Source of the DNA: Octopus sinensis
Lineage: Eukaryota
Assembly (NCBI RefSeq): GCF_006345805.1
Contig: NC_043002.1
Location: forward strand, 97,588,001 to 97,652,000
Reading direction: 5' to 3'
Length of the DNA: 64,000 bases
This document shows positions 26,721 through 40,392 of the stretch, one piece after another. The position numbers and the translations under genes are program-made. Every line of letters starts with the position of its first letter. The first letter of the stretch is position 1. The notes below the pieces were generated by a model, which had not been told where the DNA came from, made no database searches, and saw nothing but the letters and a program-made list of their open reading frames with translations.

Positions 26721-27367
26721 GTGGCGTGTGCATATGAGCCTGTATGTGTTTTACACACACGCGAACAAACACATACACACACATGCGCACACACAACACC
26801 CTAACAAATATTAATTACACACATACACACACAAACGTGCACACATATACACGCACCATCCTACCAAATATAAAACACACACAGACCCATATACACACGC
26901 CACAATAAACTCTGGGATCAATCAAAAACAGCCCACACACAAACACATGTATATACACACACACATAGAGACGTGAACAGAGACAAACACCTTCACACCA
27001 TTCTGACCTGTAAAACCAGTCCCAAAAACCACTGAAGCATGACAGACTAGCCCAGAAACAAAAAAATCATTTTAATTCCATATTGCTCCTCCTTCCCCCC
27101 ATCCCAACCAACCTCTCACACTGTCCCTTAAAATAGCAAACATTTATAAATTCTTGAATATATCTCCTTCTATTTATATATATACTACCAAACAAACTTG
27201 ATTTTTATTGAACTCCTAATACTTTTTGTTGAATATTTTCTTAAATACTTACTTGTGAACTGTTTTTAACATTTGCTTATTATAATAAAAGAAAGCATAT
27301 ATGCATTTTAATACTTTTGTGATAACCAGTACTTAACACAACAAAACTTATACAAAGCTTACATTTT

Positions 27368-27409
27368 ACTTTTGACAATCTTTTTCTAAAAAAGTGAAAC
27401 CGGTCAAGT
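27368..27409 (+). ncRNA. Variant minimal hammerhead in a putative Penelope pLTR
   Basis: ACTT-TTGACAA-(CTTTTT/AAAAAG stem)-GAAA-CCGG-TC-AAGT: stem I ACTT/AAGT, palindromic CCGG, GUC site; core deviates from CUGANGA. Confidence 0.5.
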
Positions 27410-27844
27410 TGATAAACAGCTTTAAAATTGCATTTTCAAACCTTTTTTCATATATATTTCCACTCGTGCGGTGTCTTACAACTTCACTTTGTTATATATA
27501 TATATATATATGTGTATGTGTGTGTGTGTGTGCGCGTGTATGTATGTATGTATGTATGTATGTATGTATACATGTATGTATGTATGCATTTGTATATTAT
27601 GTAAGTATGTATATGTATATATGCATATGTATATATCTACCGCTTGACAACCGGTGGTGGTGTGTTTACATCCACGTGACATACCGGTTCGACAAAAGAG
27701 ACCGATAGAATATGTACTAGGCTTCAAAATAACTGACTGATTGCACCATAAATAGAAACGTTGGATCCCCCCCCCCATCACCGCCGCTGTTTCTCTTGAC
27801 TGCTGTCTGAGGAATTATTACAAGATTTGCCACACTGAACTTCG

Positions 27845-27879
<35 letters not shown>

Positions 27880-29062
27880 CGCTCACACACACACCCATGT
27901 ACACAACCACACATGATTTCAAAATTAACTGTTCACCAGTAATTCCCATCTCTACCTTCCAGTTCTCCACTGCTGCGTCTCCACCCAAATTCCAATCCCA
28001 ACCCCCACTTTGGAACAATGTTTCTAGGTTATCTCAAACTCATCTTCAGGATGTGGACTGTAAGAGCGTAGGAGTCCTATGTCAGGAAATTTTGATGCGC
28101 ACATTCAGTTAACCTTTCATAAAAATTTAAGATAGAGTTGTGTTTTCAATATGTTGTAAAGTGGGTTCCTCCCACTGGTGTAATGTGTGACTGTTGCTGT
28201 ACTGTAGTTTCAGGTTTTGCTAGTAACCACAATAGTTACTAGTCATCGGATACCGTTGTATTTCTTCAATTCCATAAGACACCGACTAGAACTGTCGACT
28301 CCCAACTCTTCGACTCTGGACCCTCTCTTGACGACCGGCTACTGGTTTATTTATAATGGCTCCCACCAACCACTTTTTACCGGAAGGAGTATACAGTTTC
28401 ACTATATAACACAATATAATATAGTTTTTAAAAGCTACTCCCTATGCAACCACATACACACAAACTCACATACATACATACGTACGTCATTACATACAAA
28501 TAGATACATATATGTATCTGTATGAATGTAGATAATTATATAGGAACATGTTTTGTTGAATGCACAATTATTTTCTAGTTTATTTTTTTATAGTGTGTTT
28601 TTTTTCATATTTTGGTATGAGTTCCTTACAGTTTCTTCAGAACAACGAATCTAGCGATAGCATTTCCTAAATCTATCGATAGCATTTCTAAACAATTAAG
28701 GGAACTCGTACGCAAATCCGCAAATAAACATTAGATTTTTTTTAAAAGCTACAAAACTAGAACACAGTAGAATTATGTATTCAATGCCACACGTCTCAAA
28801 GAAATACATGGAGCTTCCTATATCTATCTGCCTATCTATCTTTTTTCTGATCCTCTCTCTCTCTCCCTCTCTCCCTCTCTCCCTCTCTCTCGCTCTCTTT
28901 CTGTCTCATGCTCTTTCTCTGTGTGCGTGTATGTGTGTGTGTTTGTGTGTATGAACATATACACGTATATACGCATAAATATATACATAGATATAATATT
29001 ATATGTATATATGTATGTATGTATGCATGTGAGTGTGTGTGTGTGTGTGTGCGTGTGTGTGT

Positions 29063-29129
<67 letters not shown>

Positions 29130-29138
29130 GTGTGTGTG

Positions 29139-30172
29139 TAGTGATATCTCGCAGTACGAGTTTAAATCGTTCCATGATTTTACGATTTACTCGCTTTACA
29201 AATCAATTTTCTCCATTGAAATTAACTAAAATATAATTAATCCGTTCCAGCCCCCCACCCCCACCCCCAAATCGCCCAAAATAATTTTTTATGGGGCTTA
29301 AAACAGAAAAGGTGTAGTTACAAGTAAAATGACAATTATAAAGAAGCGAATGCAAAAGAAATATGTAAATTGGTTTATTAACTTAAAGATGGAACGATTT
29401 GTGCGCGAGGAAGGCGATAGAGCAGGAAGGAGGAGGGGTATTGTTCGGATTTCTGGCGTTTTATGTCTCATTTTGATAAATTTAAGCATCTTGGACACAC
29501 GTTCTTCCCTTTTTACTATTGCAGGTCGTTTCATTAGAAATATATCAAGATAAGTCTGTTTTTCCCTGCCTTTCAAAATGTTACGAAAATGCGCCAGAGC
29601 ATTGTCATTAAATAAAGCAGCTGCACGAATTGTAGTTATGTTCTGAGGATGATATTTATCTACAAATTCAGAGATATACCGCCACTTTGCCAACACGGCC
29701 TATGTCACTCGTAGATATAGCATTTTCCGCTACACTGTCCTCCTTCTGGAAAACAGTCTCTTCCACCGCATCCAAATGCTACTGCTCCTGAAGCTGCAGG
29801 AGTTCATCTGTCGTCAGCTTCTCTGAGTGTTCCTCGATGAGATCGTTAATGTCCCCCATCAACCTCGACGCCCATGGACTTCCTATGAGAAACTATCTCA
29901 TCAACTACAGGTATCTCAGACTCAAACCCCTCGAAGACTTTTTCAGATACGCAGTTAGACCACAGTTTCCTCCATGCAGAATCCAGTGTTCTCGCTACAC
30001 CATGCCAGGCTATATTGATGATTTTTCAGGCCGTTTACAACGTTGTAGGGCTCCTTTCAAAACTCACAAAGGGTTAGATTTGTATCTTCGGTGACTTCAA
30101 AGCACCGACGAAACAATTCTTTAGTGCACAATTTCTTAAAATTAGAAGTCACCTGTTGATCCATGGGCTGCA
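29139..30172 (-). mobile_element. Tigger/pogo-family DNA transposon, 3' half
   Basis: LQPMDQQVTSNFKK, DLIEEHSEKLTTDELLQL, FNDNALAHFRNILKGREKQTYLD (TIGD1-like); TIR-like AGTGATATCTCGCAGTACGAG. Confidence 0.88.
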
Positions 30173-30545
30173 AGAATATCACCATTGAGGACAGTGGGTG
30201 TTTTGTCTGGTGGGGCGAAGCCGGCTATGAGGATTTTGGTCTTCGAGGCATTGACTGTCATACCAATCTGCGATGCAACACTCTGGAGCTCATTGATAGC
30301 AAACTAGACGTCAGCAAATGTTTCGCCAAGTATCGCATTGTCATCTGCGTAGTCTAGATCCTTGACGGAAAAGTTGTGACCAACAGTGGAACTACCGGAT
30401 AACTCCCTTACTGCATTTGTGGTGATCCAGTCGATGGCGTAATTGAAAAGAGTTGACGAAAGAACACATCCTTGCCGAACGCTAGACCGTATTTCGAAGG
30501 GTTCCGACACTTCACCGTACACGCGTACGCGGATCTTGTTGAGTA
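30173..30545 (-). mobile_element. Second copy of the RTE RT core segment
   Basis: Highly similar to 31843-32213; VRQGCVLSSTLFNYAID..DLDYADD. Confidence 0.92.
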
Positions 30546-31146
30546 AGCCTTCCACATCGTGCTGTAATGATGTTTCCGCTTCCACTCTACCTTCCATTGT
30601 TGATTCTGCTGGTGTCTCGAACTTGTTCCTTTTCTCCTCCATCTCGATCTCCTTTATCCTTTTCTGGCTCTCTGGTGGAGAGCTCACCCGCTCTTTCCTT
30701 TTCCTCCTATTCATGACAGTGAATGACTCCTCCACTCTATCTTTCTCTCCTTCCGGCACCACCACTTCGGTACTCTGTTCTTCACTCTGTTGTTTCTGCT
30801 CCTCCTCTTTGTTTTCTTTCTATAGACACCTCGCCTTTATGTGCCCCTTTTGACCACATAAGTAACATGTTGGTGGTCTGCCTTCTACCACTACTCTTAG
30901 TCTGACATCTTCTGGGAGAATGATCTCCTCTGTAATCTCGTACAAATCTTTTAGGCTCACTTCTATGGTCATCTTGAGGCCATACCCCCATCAATTAACC
31001 TTTTTGATTCTCGTAATCCTTAAGATTTTTACTTCATCCTCTATTCTGTGCATGACTGCTGCCACCAGCCATGCTTCCTTAATCTCGAGGGATACTCTGC
31101 TAGTTCTTACTCTGGTGACGCGTTTGCCACAGTTAATCGGCATAAA

Positions 31147-32933
31147 TCTTGACTTGACTTGACTTGAGACAGCATTCACCCGGGATAGGTTGAGCTGGCT
31201 TCATTCATCCTCAATGCTGCATCTCTCACAAACGCCGACCAGACCCGGCGATTTGAGGCTAACGACCGCATGATCTCCAACCACTCCTTATTCCAGCGGC
31301 GAACGCCGTAGATATGGGGGCCTAGGTTGGGTTCCAGATCAGCCTTGACTGTCATCAGCCAGGTTTTTCGTTGTCCACCACATCGCTTTCGCCAATCTTG
31401 AAGGGGAGCTGGGGCAATTGCTTCGTAGATGAAATCTCCTGGTTGACGACGGAGGGCATGATCCAGCCAACGCAGACGTCTCGTTAGGATGACTTGTCGG
31501 AGGGAGGTGATTCTGCACTGGTGTCGCACCGAATTATTGGAGACAAAGTGATGCCATCGGACACGAAGGATGCGGCGTAGACAGAGGTGATCGAAGGATT
31601 CTAGTCGCTTAATATCTTCCACCCTCATTGGCCATGACTCGCTGCCGTAAAGGAGAATCGTTCACACTAGTGATTGGTAGATCCGTACTTTGGTGGTGCG
31701 TCGGATCTCAGATCTTGACCAGAGTCGTGCATTGAGTCGGTTGAAGGCTTGGCGAGCGAGGTCGATTCGTGTTTTAATGTCAGCCTCACCTTGACCTGTA
31801 GCTGTAATGATGACGCCAAGGTATTTGAAACCCTCAACCTCTTCAAGAATGTCACCATTGAGGACAATGGGTGTTTTGTCTGGTGGGACGAAGCCGGCTG
31901 TGAGGATTTTGGTCTTCGAGGCATTGACTGTTATACCAATCTGCGATGCAACACTCTGGAGCTCATTGATAGCAAACTAGACGTCAGGAAGTGTTTCGCC
32001 AAGTATCGTAATATCATCTGCGTAGTCTAGATCCTTGACGGAAAAGTTGTGATCAACAGTGATACCGGGGAACTCCCTTAATGCATGTGTGGTGATCTAG
32101 TCGATGGCGTAATTGAAAAGAGTTGGCGAAAGAACACATCCTTGCCGAACGCCAGACGGTATTTCGAAGGGTTCCGACACTTCACCGTACACGCGTACGC
32201 GGATCTTGTTGAGTGGTAATAAGCTTTGATAAGATTGAGAAGTTTAGGTGGGATACCTTTTTATTTATTACCCACAAAGGTCTAAATATAGAGGGGACAA
32301 ACAAGGACAGACAAACGGATTAAGTCGATTACATCGACCCCAGTGCGTAACTGGTACTTAATTTATCGACCCCGAAAGGATGAAAGGCAAAGTCGTCCGC
32401 GGCAGAATTTGAACTCAGAACGTAACGGTAGACGAAATACGGCTACGCATTTCGCCCAGCGTGCAAACGGTTCTGCCAGCTCGCCGCCTTCTTAGGTGGG
32501 ATACCATCTGCCTGCATGACCTTTCAGAGGTTGTCATGATCGACGGAGTCGAATGCAGCAGCAAAATCAACAAAGCAGATGACTGTTTTTTGCTGAAAGC
32601 ACCAACGGTGTTCGAAGATTCGTCTTAGGGTGAAGATTTGATCGGTGCAGCCTCGACTTGGACGGAAACCACACTGGTTTGGTCTTGTTCTAGAGTCACG
32701 TTCTGATTGGAATCGTCTCAGAAGAATAGATGCAAATATTTTGGCAGAAACGTCAATCAGACTGATGCCACGGTAGTTGTTGCAACAGCGTTTATTGCCT
32801 TTCTTAAAGAAAGGTACCAGTGTTGCGTCGCTCCAGTCTTGGGGGAGGGTTTCCGTGTCCCAAACCCGGGTGATAACTTGATGAATCGCGCGCCCCAGTA
32901 TATTAGCACTATGCTTGAGGATCTCAGCAGGAA
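31147..32933 (-). mobile_element. 5'-truncated RTE-clade LINE (RT and C-terminus) with (TCAAG)n tail
   Basis: PFFKKG..NYRGISL, QCGFRPSRGCTDQIF, FVDFAAAFDSV, YADD, RRLRWL; flanked by diverged TSD AATCGGCATAA/AGTCGGCATGA. Confidence 0.95.
32258..32491 (-). mobile_element. SINE family B, tail type 1, inserted in the RTE
   Basis: 14-bp TSD TTAGGTGGGATACC at 32244-32257 and 32492-32505. Confidence 0.95.
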
Positions 32934-33544
32934 AGTCGGCATGAGTACCCATTCCTGTATCCTTATCGGCACAGTGGAGTGGTTTATTGCGTATTCTTCG
33001 TTGCCAAACCTTACTTCCACTGTGCCGTACTTCTTTCCACGTGTATAAAATGTGGGAAGCCTCTTCACGCTCTCGAGGCACTCCTCTATTGCCTCTATTT
33101 GGGCAACCTCTATCTTTTTAGAAGACGTGGATAGCGTTCTGTACACCACTGCCCTCTTCGCTACATTGTTAGTCAATTCTTCCGGGAGAGTCAGCCTCAA
33201 ACTGGCTCCTTGTCTTTCTATTAATTTACTGCCCTCCTTCCACTTTCTGAGCTCTACCTTAATTTCTCGTACTTCCAGGGCGTTGATAGATACTTCTTTA
33301 ATCGTAGCTGCTGCGTAACTTCCAGCTAGTTCATGTTCCATCTTTTGGGGAAGAAAACAAATATCAAAACAGGTAAAAACAGCAACAATAGTTCAAAAAT
33401 CAACAAATTTAACAGATGCTAGGTTCACCCACATGAGGGAGACCTTCAAAAAGTATAAGAAACAAACGTCTTTCTCCAGAATTCCAAGTGATTTACTACC
33501 AATGCTATAAAAATACTACCAAAGCTATAAAAAAATGCCTCGAT

Positions 33545-34113
33545 GACTGACCCTGCTTGCTGTGTCTGTCCACTATTTATCAGTAGTAGAACAGCCCACT
33601 TCTCACGTGGAGGTGTCCGCCACAACACTCCCCCCCCCTTTGAGAATTTTTTATTTCGCACAACATTATTATTTTTCTCTTCAGAATGCCGCATGTAGTA
33701 CCAGTATACATAGTTTACTGGTAGCGCTACTAACATATAACGACCTGACAGAAATACTACTAATAGATTTATATTATTTTCACTGCGTGTAGTCCAGCTT
33801 TGTGTTAGAGTTCCAGTTTTATCAGACAACTTTTTCTTCAGAATCTCTTTTCACTAGAATTTATATATTTTTCACTTTGTCCCTATTAATTTTCACTGTG
33901 TGTAGTTCAGTTCTGTGTTTGTCTTATCTGCCACTGCGTGTAGTTCGAATCCTCGTAGCCAATGATATGTCCCGCATTGTGACGACATACTTCCTCATCT
34001 GCTTGACTAACCCGTACGGCATACCTCACCGACTGACCCTGCTTGCTGCGTGTGTTCATTATTTATCAGTAGGGGTACAGCCCACTTCTCACTTGGGGGT
34101 GTCCGTCACAACA
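33545..34113 (-). mobile_element. TRIM-like miniature LTR retroelement
   Basis: Direct repeats 33545-33627 and 34031-34113 begin TGTTGTG on minus; PBS-like TGGCTACGAGG after CA at 33963; polypurine tract AAAGGGGGGGGGAG abuts the second LTR. Confidence 0.75.
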
Positions 34114-34126
34114 ATGTACATATATA

Positions 34127-34300
34127 GGTGCAGGGGTGGTTGCATGGCAAGAAACTTGCTTCCCAACCACATGGTTCCGGGTTTACTCCCACAGCGTAGC
34201 ACCTTGGGCAAGTATCTTTTATTATAGCCTCAGGTCGACCAAAGTCTTCTCAGTGGCTTTGGTAGACAGAAACTTGAAAGAAGCCCGTGTCGTGTATGTA
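34127..34300 (+). mobile_element. SINE family A 5' half, followed by (GATA)n(GA)n
   Basis: Head homology to family A. Confidence 0.8.
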
Positions 34301-34315
34301 TATAGACAGACAGGC

Positions 34316-34401
<86 letters not shown>

Positions 34402-35038
34402 AGAAATGAAGGACAGTTTACAGCGTTAATAATGAAACCCAACCGGATCGATTGAAATGATAATAATAATCGCTAATAAATATATACACACACAGAGAAA
34501 ATATGCGAGAGATTTAGCTCAGGCAATTATAATGTTTAACACTAGAATTATCTCGATGATGGGTGGTAAATCATAGCCGAAGGCTACAAGATTCATCTTT
34601 ATTCTGAGGCAATTGAGACGGACTTTGAAAACATAAGTTCTTTGATTGTTCTATAAAAACGGCAAAAGTGTTTTCAAGTGATTTGTCTTCCATCATAAGG
34701 TGCTACAGATGTTACCGTTTTGTACAGAAAGTGTAAAATTTCTCTTTAAAATTTCTCATACTGTTCGCACTTACGCATACGTTTGCTTTAATGGAACTCT
34801 CAAGTCCAGAAAAATCGATGCCTTATTGTAAAACTTCTACTACGCCTTAAACTTCCGCCATGTAAGATTTTTCAATAGGTTGCCATCTTAATATACATGC
34901 CTGAACTTATTTTCTTATTATTTTAATATTTTTTTTTACATCAACACACATGATTCTATCTATAAATATATGAGCATACACAACTATGCGTATGTCTATA
35001 TATTATATATAAATGTGTGCGTTTATATAGATAAATAG

Positions 35039-35101
<63 letters not shown>

Positions 35102-35443
35102 TACATAAATGCACAAACACAATTCTATATGTAGAAATGTATGCACACTCGTATATGTAAATATATATATGGAAATGCGTGTGTACATGTGATGTGTGTG
35201 TGTACACAGTTACATGCATACACTCATACATACATTTATATAATTACATGTACAGGCATATATGCATACAATTGCATATATTTGTGTTTGCATCGGTTTT
35301 GATTGGATAGTATGTGTTCTAAATATATTCAAGATTCCATTAAAGCATACGGTAAGATATTTATATATAAACTTCCGTATAAACATACATACATACATAC
35401 ATATATATATATATATAATATATACATATATATATATGTATAT

Positions 35444-35523
<80 letters not shown>

Positions 35524-36096
35524 CATACATGCTGAGACGTACATACAATACCACATACACACACATACATATGTTCATATACACACACACAGACGCGAAT
35601 ACTGATGCACTATAGATAATCCATTTTATTCTTTGAATCGATAATAATTGCTAAAAATTTTTGAAAGTGTAACTACGTTCACACGTTTGGTTACACCCAC
35701 TTTCGTTTATAACCAGCGTACGTGCCGTACATAGAATAACACATCGCGCATCGGATATATATATATATATATGCGCGGCCATGTGCGTGTAAAGAAATTG
35801 TAATAAAATTATTTTCGCAGAGACACGTACATAATACATGTGTGTGTGTGTGTCTTAATTTGTTCTCTTGACAACCGGTGTTGGGTGTTTACGTCCCCGT
35901 AACATAGCGGCTACGCAAAAGAGACCGATAGAGTAAGTACCAGTTCGTCTGGTACTTTAAGGCGGTGCCCCAGCTGACCGCTCATAAGTGACTGCGTGCG
36001 CGCTCGCGTGTGTGTGCTTGCATGTGCAGGCGTACCCGTGTCAGTTGCGAACAGCTGGAATTTTATCGCGGACAACGACGACGAATCTCCAATATA

Positions 36097-36602
36097 TCTA
36101 TATATATAAAACTCTAGTTGTGTGAGTGTCTGTCCCCTTCGATTTAGATTCCTAACTCCTCCCACATTTTGCGGTGCAGTTTAACCAAATTCGGGTATCT
36201 TATAGTCGTGATTCATATCGAGCCCGTCTGACTATTAGCGCGCGTCAACGATGAGTCTACGATTTTAAAAATAATTTAACATCATTTTTTATTCCATTTT
36301 AATGCATAAAATGCATCGTGTGTCGATGGCGGCGGAGTTGGCGTCCACGCTCACAGCTGCACCTGTTTGCTTCTCCCCCTTCCCTCCCTCGTGAAGCTGT
36401 GGGGAAGGGAGTGTAAAGAAATCAACGTCGTAATGCGTTGTGAAGGAAACCAGCGTTCTTTTAGAACAACGACTTCATGGCTTGAAGACACCAAAACAAA
36501 AATGGCTAAGAAAGCCCGAATTTATAAGGGAAGTAACTCTCTAAAAATGCTTATATAGTTATTTCCCTTACAAACCCGAGCAACGCCGGGCGATACTGCT
36601 AG
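36097..36602 (+). mobile_element. Non-autonomous Helitron (long form with GC-rich internal segment)
   Basis: A|TC start, hairpin plus CTAG end; nearly identical to 38642-39154. Confidence 0.93.
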
Positions 36603-36966
36603 TCTTTATATATAAAAGTGAAGTTGTGTGTCTGTCTCCTACGATTTAGATTCCTAACTACACCCACATTTTGCGGTGCAGTTTAACCAAAACCGGGTAT
36701 TTTATAGTCGTGATTCATATCGAGCCCTTCTGGGTATTTTTAATTTACCATCATTTTTTTCCATTTTAATGCATTTTTTCGCTATTATATAAGAAAAGTA
36801 ACTCTCTAAAAATGTCTACGATGAGTCAACGATTTTTAAAAAATTTACCATCTTTATTTTTCCATTTTTAATGCATTATTTTGCTATTTTTTTACTATAA
36901 CTCTCTAAAAATGCTTATATAGTTATTTCCCTTACAAACCAGAGCAACGCCGGGCGATACTGTTAG
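36603..36966 (+). mobile_element. Non-autonomous Helitron (short form) directly abutting the previous copy
   Basis: TC start immediately after CTAG; ends ..CGGGCGATACTGTTAG|T. Confidence 0.9.
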
Positions 36967-38641
36967 TATATTAATATAGTTTTAATGTGTATTAGTAATG
37001 GAAAATATGTGTTTTGTTGGAACAATAAATACGTATAAAGAACTCTATTTCCTTTCAATAATAATTTATGTTTGTGGCTTTTTAAAACGCTGAATAGGGA
37101 ATTGGTTGAAATCTGCATGTGTGTGTGTGTGTGTGTGTGTGTCTATATTACAGGTTGAACGAACGCAGTTTGTCTTTTCAGTTTAATTTCCTGTTTATTT
37201 AATTTAATCTGCTGAAAATGTTTTAATCGTGTGGAATCGTTCATACTGGCGCACACATATTAAAGGAGAAGTTTTAGTCATGTGCAGCTAGGCATATCTC
37301 CTTTATGTATACTGGTAACTAATTTTAGTGAAATGATTTTGCAAGCCCAGGAGCATAAACAGTTATATATATTATTGCTATTATTACAGCACATATTGGT
37401 AAAGGGATATTCAATAGCTTAATGTATTTTTATCACCTTCTATTCTAAGAAAATTGCTATCAGTATAACTCACTTTAAAACGTGCTGTAAAATACATATT
37501 TGAGTAGGAACTGTTATACTGTATGGTTTACCAGCTGATAAATATTGCGTTAAACAAAATTAAACAGCCGAATAAAATATCTTGAACATTTAAATTGAAT
37601 GAGGAACAGTTCCCAGCTGTAAACTTTGAATAAAACAAGAAATAGAAGGCTTTTAATACAATATGTTCTCAAAGAAACTTAGATGATGTACATATTTTAA
37701 TGTGTAGCAGTATTATTCGCAATTTATATGTTCATGACAATTAAAGCCAATTAAAAAGGAAATAAAATAAGAATATAATTAAAATAAAATCACAGAGAAA
37801 AGTAACGATTGCAAGTGTTTAAATAAATCTATAAAATAGCAAAAATACACCAAGAAGGAAGTTTACAAAATATGATTTCCTGTAATTTCTTAAATCTCCA
37901 AAAATGGCAAACCGGAACTTTACCGCAAAGTAATTGTCAGTTCTATATAATCATCTAATAAACGATGGATTCTATGCTTTATAATTAATACAATCCGCCA
38001 ATATTTCTGGTCGATAGCCAAAAGGATCTCTACTAGGTTTACGCTAACATTCTTTTCTCTCCACGACTCAACCATGATGACTTTCAAGGGAGAACATCCG
38101 CACTTACTGCTCTCTCTCTCTCTCTGAATCGTTGCACACACACCCGCACACACACATCATTGCACACACCACACACATTCCATTATTCTGTTGTATATTT
38201 GTGCTTATGATCATATCATGATCACTGCTGTTAACTTGTTTCCATTCGAAGATGTAATATTTTCTGCTTTCAACACAAGGTTCTATGAAGGAGATAATGC
38301 CATAGAGTTTGGAGGCCTTCTTAGATTAGAGACGTCGCTGTAGTTGTTTCGTATGAATGTCTTCAGATCAAACACGGAGTATGAAGGAGATTCAGTTTTA
38401 GAGACAAAAAAGTGTTGACAAAGTGCTCAATGCTAGGTTTAAAGAGAGAAATTAAGGTTGGAGAGAAGAGTAAAGGGGAGAAAGTAAAGGAGAAGCATGT
38501 GTGAAGGAGAAGGAAATTGTGGAAGAGAAGAAGGTGGTAGAGGATTGAATATATAAGAGTAACTTGTGTAGTGGAAATATATACTCGGTACAAGGTGTTG
38601 ATGTGGCTGCATGTATGTTGTTACAATAGTTCATAAAGAAA

Positions 38642-39154
38642 TCTATATATATAAAACTGTAGTTGTGTGAGTGTCTGTCCCCTTCGATTTAGACTCCTAA
38701 CTACTCCCACATTTTGCGGTGCAGTTTAACCAAATTCGGATATCTTATAGTCGTGATTCATATCGAGCCCGTCTGGGTAGTAGCGCGCGTCTACGATGAG
38801 TCTACGATTTTAAAAATAATTTAACATCATTTTTTATTCCATTTTAATGCATAATTTTTCGTGTGTCGATGGCGGCGGAGTTGGCGTCCATGGTCACACC
38901 TGCACCTGTTTGCTTCTCCCCCTTCTTCCCTCCCTCGTGAAGCTGTGGGGAAGGGAGTGTAAGGAAATCAACGTCGTAAAGCGTTGTCAAGGAGACCAGC
39001 GTTCTTTTAGAACAACGACTTCATGGCTTGAAGACACCAAAACAGAAATGGCTAAGAAAGCCCGAATTGACATCTATAAGGGAAGTAACTCTCTAAAAAT
39101 GCTTATATAGTTATTTCCCTTACAAACCCGAGCAACGCCGGGCGATACTGCTAG
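38642..39154 (+). mobile_element. Non-autonomous Helitron (long form)
   Basis: A|TC...CCCGAGCAACGCCGGG..CTAG|T, no TSD. Confidence 0.94.
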
Positions 39155-39799
39155 TGAAGAATAAATTCAAGACCTATATATTTACTACATAAAAATATAT
39201 TTTATTTACTGGTCGATGATGATACAAAGGATCAAAATGTAGAACTAGTTGAATGAAGGAATCTATACAAGAAAGTTCAGTGATAGAAAATGTAGAAATA
39301 ACAGCTAAGAGGTGGTTTTCAGTCATGTGACGTAAAGAAATAGACGGACATAACAATGATGTAAATGGTTCTAAGTCTAATCGACTAAGAAGTGAAAAGC
39401 TGGGTTAGCAAGCAGTTTTTATCAATGGAAAGCTAGACATTCTAGAAACTTCCAAGAGAAACGTTAAGCTTCCTGAATTAAGAATCACGTTTCATGACAC
39501 AGATGCTTCGAGAAACATGGTAAAGGGAGGTTACTCTATAATCTTTCTTGCAAGGGAGATCATTCAACTATTTAGCTACGCAGACCACTACACTTATCAG
39601 CGAGTCTTAAAACGCTGTAGTCCGCAGCCATTTTTTACCTATGAACCCCTGTGATTCCCATTTTACTTGTGTGGACCCATAAAGCTATTCAATGTTTTTA
39701 TAGTTAGATATTATTAGGAAATGCATTTTTAAAAAAAACTGTCAAAATATTTTGCGCATCGTACAAGTATAACCAATTTATTGCAGACAGAATATTAAT

Positions 39800-40392
39800 A
39801 ATCCTTTCTACTATAGGCACAAGGCCTGAAATTTTGGGGGAGGGGCCTAGTCGATTACATCGATCCCAGTGCGTAATTGGCACAGATAAAAGGCAAAGTT
39901 GACCTCTGCGGAATTTGAACTCAGATCGTAAGGGCGGACGAAATGCTGCTAAGCGGTTTGCCCGACGCGCTAACGATTCTGCCAGTTCGCCGCCTTGAAG
40001 ATCGAATTTTAATAATCCATTCTACCGGAAGCACAAGGCCTCAGATTTGGGGGAAGGGATTAAGTCGATTACATCGACCCCAGTGCGTAACTGGTACTTA
40101 CTTAATAAGGCGGCGAGCTGGCAGAAACGTTAGCACGCCGGGCGAAATGCTTAGCGGTATTTCGTCTGCGTTACGTTGTGAGTTCAAATTCCGCCGAGGT
40201 CGACTTTGCCTTTCATCCTTTCGGGGTTGATAAATTAAGTACCAGTTACGCACTGGGGTCGATGTAATCGACTTAATACCTATGTCTGTCCTTGTTTGTC
40301 CCCTCTGTGTTTAGCCCCTTGTGGGTAATAAAGAAATAGGTACTTACTTAACCGACCCCGAAAGGATGAAAGTCAAAGTCGACCTCGGCGGA
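39800..40392. mobile_element. SINE B cluster: two minus tail-2 copies, the second hosting a plus tail-1 copy (40106-40338)
   Basis: 13-bp TSD GGTACTTACTTAA at 40093-40105 and 40339-40351. Confidence 0.92.

Larger units (their letters stand above)
30546..33450 (-). mobile_element. Tx1/L1-like LINE ORF1 (gag-like), split by the RTE insertion
   Basis: MEHELAGSYAAA..WVLMPT (33341-32934) resumes as FMPINCGKRV..VVVEGRPPTCYLCGQKGHIKARC (CCHC knuckle, ~30830-30880). Confidence 0.75.

Noticed and set aside
28179-28411. TGT..ACA bounded segment as a solo LTR
   Set aside because: No TSD or second copy visible
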